Virus record (IMG/VR): IMGVR_UViG_3300034104_005687
Span: 248,001 to 312,000 of that record
DNA length: 64,000 bases
Strand: one strand, 5' to 3'
Shown here: positions 30,162 through 39,162 of the stretch, one piece after another
Position numbering within the stretch: position 1 is the stretch's first letter
Layout of the letters: each line of letters starts with the position of its first letter
Made by a program: the position numbers and the translations under genes
Notes under the pieces: model-generated
What the model saw: only the letters and a program-made list of their open reading frames with translations
What the model was told of the DNA's origin: nothing
Database searches by the model: none

Positions 30162-30260
30162 TGGCTGCCGAAGCAACATCTACATTGGCTGGTGCAACCA
30201 GTGTGTTTACCAATACAGCAACACCAATTCTGTAAGATTAAATAAACAAAAGAGCAAACA

Positions 30261-30977
30261 ATGCCAATAGTAATCGGACCAGGAATTGAAGTAGGACCCG
30301 GAGTTGTCATGGGCGGCGGGTTTGTGCCGTCAGCTACCCTGGTGTACGATTTGGATGCAGCCAACTACTCAGCTGTGCCTGTTAACGGCAGCACAGTGGC
30401 TGGCACCGGCAGTTTTGGCATCACAGTGGCCAATGCCGGTGCCAGTATCTCTTGGCAGTCAGACAATGGCGGCGTGTTTAGAAAAAGCAATGCCACTGGC
30501 ACTGATGTCATGTATGGCGGCCCTAACTATGTCACTGGACAAAGTTACACAGTGTTTATGGCCTACAAACGCATAGCTACATCGTCTGGAAGACTGCTTA
30601 ACACTCAAAGTGAAGCGACCAAAGACTGGCTAATGGGACTCTACAACGGCAATCCTGATACATTCTATCCCAACTACGCAGTAAACTTGCCTGCATCTGG
30701 CGCTGACCTTGTGTGGCACTTTGGGTGGGCAACCTGGAACACCAGCACAAATCTAGGACAACTATACACTGCAACAAGTTCACAGCCAGTGGGAACATCA
30801 TACGCTGTAACCAATGCTGGAGGAGGCGGTTTTAACCAACTCAGAATGTTTAGTCGTTCTGCCGGCAGTGAAGTGCAAACGGCTGACATAGGTTTTGTCA
30901 AGGTATACAATGGAGTACTCACATTGTCAGATGTACAAGGCTTGTACACACAATATAAATCAAGATTTGGATATTAA
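30261..30977 (+). CDS. LamG/concanavalin-A-like lectin domain protein
   Basis: 'LVYDLDAAN..S', 'IGFVKVYNGVLT..DV..LY...KSRFG'. Confidence 0.7.
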   Translation: MPIVIGPGIEVGPGVVMGGGFVPSATLVYDLDAANYSAVPVNGSTVAGTGSFGITVANAGASISWQSDNGGVFRKSNATGTDVMYGGPNYVTGQSYTVFMAYKRIATSSGRLLNTQSEATKDWLMGLYNGNPDTFYPNYAVNLPASGADLVWHFGWATWNTSTNLGQLYTATSSQPVGTSYAVTNAGGGGFNQLRMFSRSAGSEVQTADIGFVKVYNGVLTLSDVQGLYTQYKSRFGY

Positions 30978-31050
30978 AACATAACAATCATATTATGATC
31001 AGTAATCGCAACAGATACGAAATCTAATAAATATTTCAAAGGAGCCAACA

Positions 31051-31605
31051 GTGAGCAAAAAAGAACTACCCCCAAGCAAAATATCCAAAGCAGAAGAAGA
31101 CTGGATGACCAAGAAATGGCGACCCATGATGGCCATCATGTACATGACTGCCTGCTTGTTTGACTTTGTGTTTTTTCCAATAATGTTCACAGCCGTTCAA
31201 TTCTGGGAAACTGCTGTACAAAACGATGCGTTCCGTCAATGGGCACCTATCACATTGCAAGGTGGCGGCCTGTTCCACGTGGCCATGGGTGCTGTGCTGG
31301 GCGTGAGTGCATGGAGTCGAGGCCAAGAAAAAATGGCCGGTGTGTCTGGAGGAAACAATGCAACACCACAACTATCCAACCCTGCAACCGGGGCTGCAAC
31401 ATTTGGCGTATCTGCGCCAGCAACAAACTCCTGGGGTTCGCAACCCATGGGCGGCGGAAGCAGCTTTGGAAGCGCACCTCAATCAGCAGCGTATACTCCC
31501 GCACCCAGCTGGGGTCAGACTCCTGTTGCAACCGCGGCACCAGTAAACACTGGATGGGGCGGCAAAAAGGCTCCACCTGAGCCAGAATATCCAGTAATTG
31601 GTTAA
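31051..31605 (+). CDS. Holin-like membrane protein (3TM holin family-like)
   Basis: 'WRPMMAIMYM...FDFVFFPI', 'GAVLGVSAWSRGQEK'; near the endolysin. Confidence 0.65.
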   Translation: MSKKELPPSKISKAEEDWMTKKWRPMMAIMYMTACLFDFVFFPIMFTAVQFWETAVQNDAFRQWAPITLQGGGLFHVAMGAVLGVSAWSRGQEKMAGVSGGNNATPQLSNPATGAATFGVSAPATNSWGSQPMGGGSSFGSAPQSAAYTPAPSWGQTPVATAAPVNTGWGGKKAPPEPEYPVIG

Positions 31606-31618
31606 AAAGGAAACAGCA

Positions 31619-31840
31619 ATGAAATCATTAATTTTAGCAGTAGCATTGGCTCTAGGTACTTCGCTGGCGTATGCTGAAGAGCCCAAAAAAGAAACTAAAA
31701 AAGTTTGTGTAGACGTCAAAGACAAAGAAGGCAAACCTGTCAAAGACGCCAAAGGCAATGTCAAGCAAAATTGCAAAGAAGTCAAGCAACACAAAAAACT
31801 TGAAAACGCAACTGCGGTACCGGACGGCAACAAAAAATGA
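31619..31840 (+). CDS. Small secreted Lys-rich protein
   Basis: Signal peptide 'MKSLILAVALALGTSLAYA' and a Cys pair; AAGGA RBS. Confidence 0.7.
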   Translation: MKSLILAVALALGTSLAYAEEPKKETKKVCVDVKDKEGKPVKDAKGNVKQNCKEVKQHKKLENATAVPDGNKK

Positions 31841-31926
31841 TAGGTATTGTACTCTGGGTCAGTTCTGTTTTGGTTGTGGCCATTGCAGTTTGGTGGACCA
31901 CAGACTATCTATTTCGTCGACGTTGA
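31837..31926 (+). CDS. Single-TM micropeptide (29 aa; not in the ORF track)
   Basis: MIGIVLWVSSVLVVAIAVWWTTDYLFRRR; ATGA-coupled to the upstream gene. Confidence 0.5.
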   Translation: MIGIVLWVSSVLVVAIAVWWTTDYLFRRR

Positions 31927-31927
31927 T

Positions 31928-31957
31928 TTGACAAAGGCAGCACCAACCCAGTATAAT
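31928..31957 (+). promoter_or_regulatory. Consensus sigma70 promoter upstream of dnaJ-clpA
   Basis: TTGACA-18 nt-TATAAT. Confidence 0.75.
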
Positions 31958-31980
31958 TAACATATACTGGGTTTCTTTTA

Positions 31981-32757
31981 ATGACAGATCACTACGCCAC
32001 ATTGGGTGTTTCCAAAACTGCCACCGCTGACGAGATCAAACGAGCATTTCGCAAGCTGGCCAGTCAGCACCACCCTGACAAAGGTGGCGATACCGCAGCA
32101 TTTCAAAAAATACAGGCTGCATATGACACACTGGGCGACGCAGCCAAACGAGCTGCCTACGACAACCCCCCAGCACAACACAACTTTTCAAACTTTGGCG
32201 GTGCACAGTTCAATGACATATTTGGTCAGATGTTTGGCGGCGGTGGGTTTCCAGGGTTTAATCAAACACGTCGCAATCATGTGCGTGTGACGCTGTGGAT
32301 AACACTGCATGATGTTGCCACCGGAGGTGCCAGAACAGTGAGTCTAGACACAGCACAAGGTGCCAGTGCTGTGGAGATCAACATTCCTGTGGGCATTGAA
32401 GACAACGACAATGTACAGTATGCAGGCATAGGACCTGGTGGCACTGACTTGGTCGTGACCTTCAAGATTCGCCCAGATTCTCAATGGCAGCGTCAGGGTC
32501 AAAATCTCATTCAAGAACAGCGTGTGAATGTGTGGGATTTAATCACTGGCGGGTCTGTTCAAATCACTGACATTTTGAACAACCAATTGCAGATTACCAT
32601 TCCGGTGGGTACACAACCGGGCACTATGTTGCGTGTGCGAGGACGTGGTCTTCCCAACTCGCAAGGGCAAACCGGAGACATGTTTGTGAGAGTACATGCA
32701 GTATTGCCCCCCAAAATTGCTCCAGAAATACTGGAAGCAATCCAAAAGTATCGCTAA
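31981..32757 (+). CDS. dnaJ: DnaJ/CbpA-type co-chaperone (J domain + G/F region + C-terminal domain, no Zn finger)
   Basis: 'DHYATLGV', HPD motif, 'AYDTLGD..KR..YD', C-terminal 'GRGLP...GDMFV'. Confidence 0.9.
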   Translation: MTDHYATLGVSKTATADEIKRAFRKLASQHHPDKGGDTAAFQKIQAAYDTLGDAAKRAAYDNPPAQHNFSNFGGAQFNDIFGQMFGGGGFPGFNQTRRNHVRVTLWITLHDVATGGARTVSLDTAQGASAVEINIPVGIEDNDNVQYAGIGPGGTDLVVTFKIRPDSQWQRQGQNLIQEQRVNVWDLITGGSVQITDILNNQLQITIPVGTQPGTMLRVRGRGLPNSQGQTGDMFVRVHAVLPPKIAPEILEAIQKYR

Positions 32758-32802
32758 TTTATTTGCGATGTGTTACAATAACAGTTAGGTTAACTTTTTA
32801 CT

Positions 32803-35073
32803 ATGTCCATGACAAACAACTCCGAAATTGAAAGCATTGTTGAACAAGCCGTTGAAATTGCTCGCGACAAAAAACATGAATTTGTTATCACCGAGCACTT
32901 GCTGTTGGCCATGATACGGTATCAGCCGTTTCGCAAACTACTGGACAAATTTGGCACAGACACTGAGCACATGGAGGTCGAGGTTGACACATATCTTGGT
33001 GGTCTGACCAACATTGTGACTTCAGCAGAAAACATCCAGCCCAGAAAAACACAGGCTCTGGAACGCATTTTCAATCGAGCCAATGTGCAGGCCATGTTTA
33101 CTGGCCGACGCACACTGACCACTGGCGACTTGTATCTCAGCATCATGAGTGAGAGCAACAGTCATGCACATTATTTCTTGCTGAAATACGGTGTGAAGAA
33201 AACAGAATTCATTGACTTCTGGCAGAAAAACTACACTGCTGCCGAAGGCAAACTCAGCAATACACAAGCCACAGAAATCCTGGAAGAGTACTGCATAAAC
33301 CTCAGTGCCAAGGCCAAAGCCAATCAGCTGGAGCCCATGATTGGCAGAAGCAAAGAAGTACAGGAAATGATCACTGTGCTGGCTCGCAAGTTCAAGGCCA
33401 ACGTGCTGATGGTGGGCGATCCTGGTGTGGGCAAGACTGCTATTGTGGAAGGCTTGGCCCAGGAAATTGTGGCTGGTCGAGTGCCTGCGTTTATCAAGGA
33501 TCATGAAGTATGGGGCTTGGAAATTGGTTCACTGTTGGCCGGATCTAAGTATCGCGGTGACTTTGAAGAAAAACTCAAGTCTGTGATTGCTGCACTGGAA
33601 AGCAGAAAGAACTGTATTTTGTTTGTGGACGAAGCACACACCATGAAAGGTGCAGGAGCCAGTTCCAACAGCAGCCTGGACTTTGCCAACATGCTGAAGC
33701 CTGCTATCACCAAAGGCAGCTTGAAAGTGGTGGCTTCAACTACCTGGGAAGAATACTATGAAAGCTTTGAAAAAGACCGTGCTCTTATGCGACGTTTCTA
33801 TCGCTTGTCGATTGATGAACCGGATACTCTCACTACCGAACAAATTCTCATTGGTTTGTCGCCCCGGCTCGAACAGTTTCACAATGTTCTCATTGATACC
33901 GAAGCCATTACGGGCGCAGTGGAGTTGGCCAACCGATACATCCATGATCGCAAAAACCCAGACAAGTCGATTGATCTCATTGATGCAGCATGTGCTCGGG
34001 AACGTGTCAAAGACGCAGGTACAGTTACAATTACAAAATCCATGATTGAACAACAGCTGAGTCGTGTGGCTGGTGTGCCTGTGGACAAACTGCAAAATGA
34101 ACGCAGTGCCAAAATTGTGGAACTGGAAGGCAATATCAAACAACGACTATATGGGCAAAATTCAGCTGTGGACACTGTGTTGGAACGTGTGTACATCAGC
34201 TTTGCCGGCATCGGCAATGAGAGCAAGCCCATGAGCAGTTTCTTGTTCCTGGGACCCACAGGCACAGGCAAAACAGAATTGGCCAAAGCATTGTCCAACA
34301 ATCTAGACATGCACTTGTTGCGATACGACATGAGTGAGTATCAGGAACGTCACTCAGTAAGCAGTTTGATTGGTGCGCCACCAGGATATGTGGGCTTTGA
34401 AGATGGCAACATCGGCGGCGGCAAACTGATCTCAGACATCAGCAAGCATCCGTTCAGCATTATCTTGTTTGACGAGATTGAAAAAGCTCACCCCGATGTC
34501 ACCAATATCTTGTTGCAGATGCTGGACGAAGGACACATCACTGGCAGCAACGGCAAAAAAGTCAGTTGCAAAAACACCATCATCATCATGACATCCAACC
34601 TGGGTGCACGTGACAGTGAAACCAATGCCATTGGCTTTGGTTCACAAGAAAAAACAGGCGAAGACGAACGAGCCATGAAAGAGTTTTTCAAGCCCGAGCT
34701 GCGAAATCGTATTGATGCTGTGTGCAAGTTTGTGAAACTGGACACACTGGCCATCAAGAAGATTGTGGTAAAGTTTGTGGATGAACTCAAAGCCAGCTTG
34801 GCACCCAAGAACATCAGACTGAATCTTAGCGAAGCAGTGATTGATTACTTGGCAGTCAAAGGATACGACAGCAAGATGGGCGCTCGACCATTGAGTCGCA
34901 AAATTGACGAAATCATTCGTGTGCCGTTGAGCAAGAAGATCTTGTTTGAACGTTTGAGCGACTGCACAGTCAACGTGGATATTCAAAACGACACAGCAGT
35001 GTTTGATGTAGAAGTTGCAGTTCAATCAGGAGTAAATCATGACGGTATCATTGTTGTCAACACTGAAAACTGA
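32803..35073 (+). CDS. clpA: ATP-dependent Clp protease ATP-binding subunit ClpA
   Basis: Clp N-domain 'HEFVITEHLLLA', two AAA+ modules (GDPGVGKT; GPTGTGKT), 'GAPPGYVGF', IGF loop; 756 aa with no ClpB M-domain. Confidence 0.92.
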   Translation: MSMTNNSEIESIVEQAVEIARDKKHEFVITEHLLLAMIRYQPFRKLLDKFGTDTEHMEVEVDTYLGGLTNIVTSAENIQPRKTQALERIFNRANVQAMFTGRRTLTTGDLYLSIMSESNSHAHYFLLKYGVKKTEFIDFWQKNYTAAEGKLSNTQATEILEEYCINLSAKAKANQLEPMIGRSKEVQEMITVLARKFKANVLMVGDPGVGKTAIVEGLAQEIVAGRVPAFIKDHEVWGLEIGSLLAGSKYRGDFEEKLKSVIAALESRKNCILFVDEAHTMKGAGASSNSSLDFANMLKPAITKGSLKVVASTTWEEYYESFEKDRALMRRFYRLSIDEPDTLTTEQILIGLSPRLEQFHNVLIDTEAITGAVELANRYIHDRKNPDKSIDLIDAACARERVKDAGTVTITKSMIEQQLSRVAGVPVDKLQNERSAKIVELEGNIKQRLYGQNSAVDTVLERVYISFAGIGNESKPMSSFLFLGPTGTGKTELAKALSNNLDMHLLRYDMSEYQERHSVSSLIGAPPGYVGFEDGNIGGGKLISDISKHPFSIILFDEIEKAHPDVTNILLQMLDEGHITGSNGKKVSCKNTIIIMTSNLGARDSETNAIGFGSQEKTGEDERAMKEFFKPELRNRIDAVCKFVKLDTLAIKKIVVKFVDELKASLAPKNIRLNLSEAVIDYLAVKGYDSKMGARPLSRKIDEIIRVPLSKKILFERLSDCTVNVDIQNDTAVFDVEVAVQSGVNHDGIIVVNTEN

Positions 35074-35710
35074 AAGTCGAGACCGACTGTATTTTGATCA
35101 GTGGCAGTATGCGTTTTCTTTTTGGTTGAAAGAAGCGCACACACTCAGACATAGATCTGTTGCTGCACTAGATCACTATGTTGGTGACAGAATGTCATGG
35201 GCACACTGGGAAGAACGGTACACAGCAAAAGTAGTTTCCGATCTAAGAATCGTTCTGGATTTTGTCAACCATATTGCACAGCCGTTCAAGCTGACTGTGA
35301 GCGGGCACTGGGCTTCGATCTATACCAACGATCCTGACATTGCTGACGATTTAATTGCGCAGTGTCCTTTTACCAAACAACACCGGATCAAACAGGCTGT
35401 GGTAGATCGGCCTCGTGACACTGTGTTGCTGTTGGAGCCCACACATCAGTTTCGCAGTTACTTTAAGAGTCAGAAATTTCCTGGGGCCAAAATATCTGCT
35501 TTACAAGATTTTTTTACAGCGCAAGGCAACGATATAAAACCCAGTATTGCCATGCAACAGTTCTTGAAAGGTACTCGGCACGGCAATCACTGGATTCCAG
35601 ATCACTACTATGTGGACTACAATGACCCAGTGTATGCTACCATGTTGGCATTGATCATGCCCAGAGCTTTCAGAAAGACTGTGCCCATTGTTCAGCGTAT
35701 AAATACTTGA
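35039..35710 (+). CDS. Hypothetical protein (223 aa)
   Basis: Clean ORF overlapping the end of clpA. Confidence 0.65.
   Translation: MTVSLLSTLKTESRDRLYFDQWQYAFSFWLKEAHTLRHRSVAALDHYVGDRMSWAHWEERYTAKVVSDLRIVLDFVNHIAQPFKLTVSGHWASIYTNDPDIADDLIAQCPFTKQHRIKQAVVDRPRDTVLLLEPTHQFRSYFKSQKFPGAKISALQDFFTAQGNDIKPSIAMQQFLKGTRHGNHWIPDHYYVDYNDPVYATMLALIMPRAFRKTVPIVQRINT
35698..35705 (+). promoter_or_regulatory. T4-type late promoter (TATAAATA)
   Basis: Exact T4 late consensus 7 nt before ATG 35713. Confidence 0.65.
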
Positions 35711-35712
35711 CT

Positions 35713-35880
35713 ATGGCAAAAATTATCGAAGACGTACTCGTCATTAAATTCAGCAAAATTGTGCGTGAAAACGACACAGACCCAGATCCAGCTATTACCA
35801 ATGAGCACATTACTGCCATGGTAGAAGTTGCACAGGAACTGGTGGGCAGTGCAGTGATTGTGGAAGTTGAACGAGCATAA
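35713..35880 (+). CDS. Hypothetical protein (55 aa; not in the ORF track)
   Basis: MAKIIEDVLVIKFSKIVREND...VEVERA; TAATG-coupled to the next gene. Confidence 0.65.
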   Translation: MAKIIEDVLVIKFSKIVRENDTDPDPAITNEHITAMVEVAQELVGSAVIVEVERA

Positions 35881-36242
35881 TGATCACCACCAAAACCATG
35901 CTGGGCACCACAGTGTATGGCACACCGTCGGGCAACTACGACGGCAGCAGTCAAGACTGGGCTGGCGATGCTGTCGAAGCTGCCAACTACTATCAAGGTC
36001 GCGGTGGTTTGCAAACTGTGTTGATCAATGTAACTAGCGTGGTAGCCGAAATCATCATCGAAGCCACCCTAGACTCTGTGGCTCAAACTGCCACATGGTT
36101 TGAAACTTATTCCATTGGTGATTCAAGTTCGGCTGTGACTGGTTATTATTCGGTCAATATTCCTGGAAACTTTGCCTGGATTCGGGCCCGTGTAGTGGGC
36201 TTTGACGGCGGTACTATTAACTCTGTAACTATTTCATACTGA
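35880..36242 (+). CDS. Hypothetical beta-rich (probably structural) protein
   Basis: 120 aa; coupled ORF under a late promoter. Confidence 0.65.
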   Translation: MITTKTMLGTTVYGTPSGNYDGSSQDWAGDAVEAANYYQGRGGLQTVLINVTSVVAEIIIEATLDSVAQTATWFETYSIGDSSSAVTGYYSVNIPGNFAWIRARVVGFDGGTINSVTISY

Positions 36243-36679
36243 TGACTACTTCAAAATTAAAATTCGATATTGTTCCCACCAATCCTGATGCTCCCGTAGG
36301 CGTAGAGGTTTGGGCTGATCAGCAATGCATACTGAATCAAGATCAGTGTACTGAATCTCATGCAGTGGACCACGATTTTGATGACACAGTTGAACAACTG
36401 CATGTTGTGAAAATTGTGATAAAAAACAAAACAGCCGAACACACTCAAATTGATGACAACGGCACAATTGTGAGTGACAGCATGTTGGAAATCAACAACT
36501 TCAGCATTGACGGAATTGACATAGATCAAGTGGTGCGCGAACAAGCTGTGTACCGACATGATTTCAACGGTACTGAGACCGAAATCACTGAACAGTTCTA
36601 CAACACTGTGGGCTGCAACGGAACTGTGAGCTTGAAGTTTTCTACCCCTGTTTACCTTTGGTTGCTGGAACACATGTAA
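36242..36679 (+). CDS. Hypothetical protein (145 aa)
   Basis: Coupled ORF. Confidence 0.65.
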   Translation: MTTSKLKFDIVPTNPDAPVGVEVWADQQCILNQDQCTESHAVDHDFDDTVEQLHVVKIVIKNKTAEHTQIDDNGTIVSDSMLEINNFSIDGIDIDQVVREQAVYRHDFNGTETEITEQFYNTVGCNGTVSLKFSTPVYLWLLEHM

Positions 36680-36692
36680 ACTAAATACCAGC

Positions 36693-38162
36693 ATGACCAC
36701 AATTGTAATCATGCCTGGCGGCTTTCACCCATTTCATGCAGGACATGCTGCATTGTATCAAAGTGCGCAACAAACTTTTCCCGATGCTGAAGTGTATGTT
36801 GCTGCCACCAACGATACCAGTTCACGACCTTTTCCGTTTGCTGTAAAAGAAAAGCTGGCTCGATTAGCCGGAGTCGATACAGGTCATTTTGTACAAGTCA
36901 AATCACCGTTTAGAGCAGAAGAAATTACCGCCAAGTTTGATCCACAAAAAGATGTGTTGATCTTTGTACGCAGTGAAAAAGACGCAGCACAACCGCCACA
37001 ACCTGGTGGTGTCAAAAAAGACGGGTCGCCTAGCTACTTGCAGCCTTTGTTGGGTGCTCGAAAGCTAGAACCATTTGCAAAACATGCCTACATGGCATAC
37101 TTGCCCACTGTGGAGTTTGGTCCTGGCATGACGTCGGCCACTGAGATTCGTAGTGCATGGCCCCGGCTAAACGAAAAACGCAAAACAGCTCTTGTGATGA
37201 GCCTGTACCCTAAAACGCAAACGAACCCTAAGTTGGCACAAACTGTGGTCAAACTGTTGGACACAGCATTAGGTGTAGTAGATGAGAGTGCGCTGGATAA
37301 CCTTCCACGCCCAAACAAACGTAATCAATTCAAGAGTCTACACAAACAAAGAAAACAACGTGGACTAGACGAGCAAGGTGTGGCGGAAGGCGTTCCTCAA
37401 CCTGGTAAATCATCTGGCAAACCTATATCCTGGATTGATCCTACCAAAGTTGTAACAGAATATCTAACGCTAGATGAGATATTCAAGTCAGTATCAGGCA
37501 TACCATACTATAACAATGTTGTAACAGATAGAGATAATAAAGACTTTACTTGGGGAGTAACTAAAAGAGTAATTCAATATGCAAAAGAATTAGTCATACG
37601 ACCCGATGCCTATAAAAACTGGCCTCCTATAATAGTTTTAGATGGCAAATTACAAGACGGGGCACATCGCATATCCACTATATACTTGATGCAACAAAGA
37701 GTTCAGCCAAATAACCCAATTTGGAAAAACGCTAAACTAAAAGTAGAATTTGGTACATCAGATAATGTAAAGCAAGGTGTGGCGGAAGGCAACGATGATA
37801 TCTGGGGACCGCAAGGAAACTTTGCTGGAGATATCAAAATAGATGTTGGCACAGCAAGCATGAAAAAAATACAAGCTGGTGATACTGTAAAGTATTTTGG
37901 AGAAACAGCACAAGTAATTGAACTAGATCCAGACAAAAACTATGCTCGAATCTCAGCCAATGGCAAGACTCTGAATGTGCGTTTATCTGACTTAAAACAG
38001 TTAGGTCGAGGTGTAGGCGAAAACCAAGGTTGGGCTGCTACCTTTACCAACGAAGACGACTACATAGAAGAAAAGTGGAGCAGCAAGTACAAAAACAGCA
38101 TCAACTGTGCTGCACCACGAGGATTCAGTCAACGTGCTCACTGTGCTGGCCGCAAAAAATAA
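36693..38162 (+). CDS. Modular protein: HxGH nucleotidyltransferase + ParB/Srx-like cassette + SH3-like module + basic Cys tail
   Basis: 'PGGFHPFHAGH' and 'SATEIR'; 'PPIIVLDGKLQDGAHRI' lies between two QGVAEG repeats. Confidence 0.7.
   Translation: MTTIVIMPGGFHPFHAGHAALYQSAQQTFPDAEVYVAATNDTSSRPFPFAVKEKLARLAGVDTGHFVQVKSPFRAEEITAKFDPQKDVLIFVRSEKDAAQPPQPGGVKKDGSPSYLQPLLGARKLEPFAKHAYMAYLPTVEFGPGMTSATEIRSAWPRLNEKRKTALVMSLYPKTQTNPKLAQTVVKLLDTALGVVDESALDNLPRPNKRNQFKSLHKQRKQRGLDEQGVAEGVPQPGKSSGKPISWIDPTKVVTEYLTLDEIFKSVSGIPYYNNVVTDRDNKDFTWGVTKRVIQYAKELVIRPDAYKNWPPIIVLDGKLQDGAHRISTIYLMQQRVQPNNPIWKNAKLKVEFGTSDNVKQGVAEGNDDIWGPQGNFAGDIKIDVGTASMKKIQAGDTVKYFGETAQVIELDPDKNYARISANGKTLNVRLSDLKQLGRGVGENQGWAATFTNEDDYIEEKWSSKYKNSINCAAPRGFSQRAHCAGRKK
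37372..37390 (+). repeat. 19-bp repeat AGCAAGGTGTGGCGGAAGG, copy 1
   Basis: Exact match to the copies at 37771, 45990 and 46344. Confidence 0.95.
37771..37789 (+). repeat. 19-bp repeat AGCAAGGTGTGGCGGAAGG, copy 2
   Basis: 399 bp (133 codons) after copy 1. Confidence 0.95.
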
Positions 38163-38245
38163 TTGATTTTTGTTTCAAAACCACTAGAAAAATTTTGTCA
38201 GGCCGTGTATAATCTGTAAATATTAGCACATTTTACGGAGATACC

Positions 38246-39148
38246 ATGGCAGACATTCAACCCACAACCACCCCACCTAGCAACACTGATCCCGCTCAAG
38301 TACAGATTCAAGTTGATCTAGATTACTTGCGCACTACTCGTGTTCATATCTGCATGCCATGCTACGGCGGCATGATGACTGAACAAACATTCATGAGCTT
38401 TATCAAATGGGGCAATACTTGTCGCCAATTGGGCATTGACTGGACTGTGGAAACCATGACCAATGAAAGCTTAATCAGTCGTGCACGAAACACACTCACA
38501 GCCAAGTTCTTGAACACACCCGAAAGCACTCACTTGATGTTTATCGACGCAGACATTGGCTGGGAACCCTGGCACCTGTTGGTCATGATCAATGCTCGCA
38601 AAGACGTGATCGGCGGCTTGTACCCCATGAAGAGTTTGCCTGTGAAATGGTGCGTCAACGGCATCCCGGGCAAAGAAGAAGGCACACCCGAACAACCACA
38701 CTTGGTAGAAGTCAGCAAAACTGGCACAGGTTTCTTGTTGATCAAGCGCGATGTGTTTGAAAAGCTGAATCAGCACCCTGCTACTCGTCCGTTCAACAAC
38801 GACATTGGCTTGCCCGAAGAACTCAATCCTTACATGAAAACCTACTTTGACACAGCAGTGCGTGAAAATCGTTACTACTCCGAAGACTGGACATTCTGTG
38901 AAAACTGGCGTGATCTAGGCGGGGAAGTGTACGTGGACAAACGTGTGCTGTTGCGTCACGTGGGCACCTATGTGTTTGACGGTCAAACACAAGACAAACT
39001 GTATCAGGACCTTGCTGCTCTGGTCAAAGGTCCCACACATCAGATTCCTAGCCAGTTGCCGCCTGCGGCTACAGAGGCTGCACCTGCTGCAGAGCCTGAA
39101 GTGTTTGCATCTAGCCAAACCCCCGAAACAACTTCTACAGCTCCGTAA
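38246..39148 (+). CDS. GT-A fold (GT2-like) glycosyltransferase
   Basis: 'ESLISRARN', DxD 'FIDADIGW', 'GTGFLLIKRDVF', 'SEDWTFC'. Confidence 0.7.
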   Translation: MADIQPTTTPPSNTDPAQVQIQVDLDYLRTTRVHICMPCYGGMMTEQTFMSFIKWGNTCRQLGIDWTVETMTNESLISRARNTLTAKFLNTPESTHLMFIDADIGWEPWHLLVMINARKDVIGGLYPMKSLPVKWCVNGIPGKEEGTPEQPHLVEVSKTGTGFLLIKRDVFEKLNQHPATRPFNNDIGLPEELNPYMKTYFDTAVRENRYYSEDWTFCENWRDLGGEVYVDKRVLLRHVGTYVFDGQTQDKLYQDLAALVKGPTHQIPSQLPPAATEAAPAAEPEVFASSQTPETTSTAP

Positions 39149-39162
39149 CGGTAAATACACTC

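Noticed and set aside
30161-30235. 24-codon ORF MAAEATSTLAGATSVFTNTATPIL
   Set aside because: Too short and without supporting features; possibly a gene remnant.
1-31000. Diversity-generating retroelement acting on fibre genes
   Set aside because: No reverse transcriptase and no template/variable repeat pair differing at adenines was seen.
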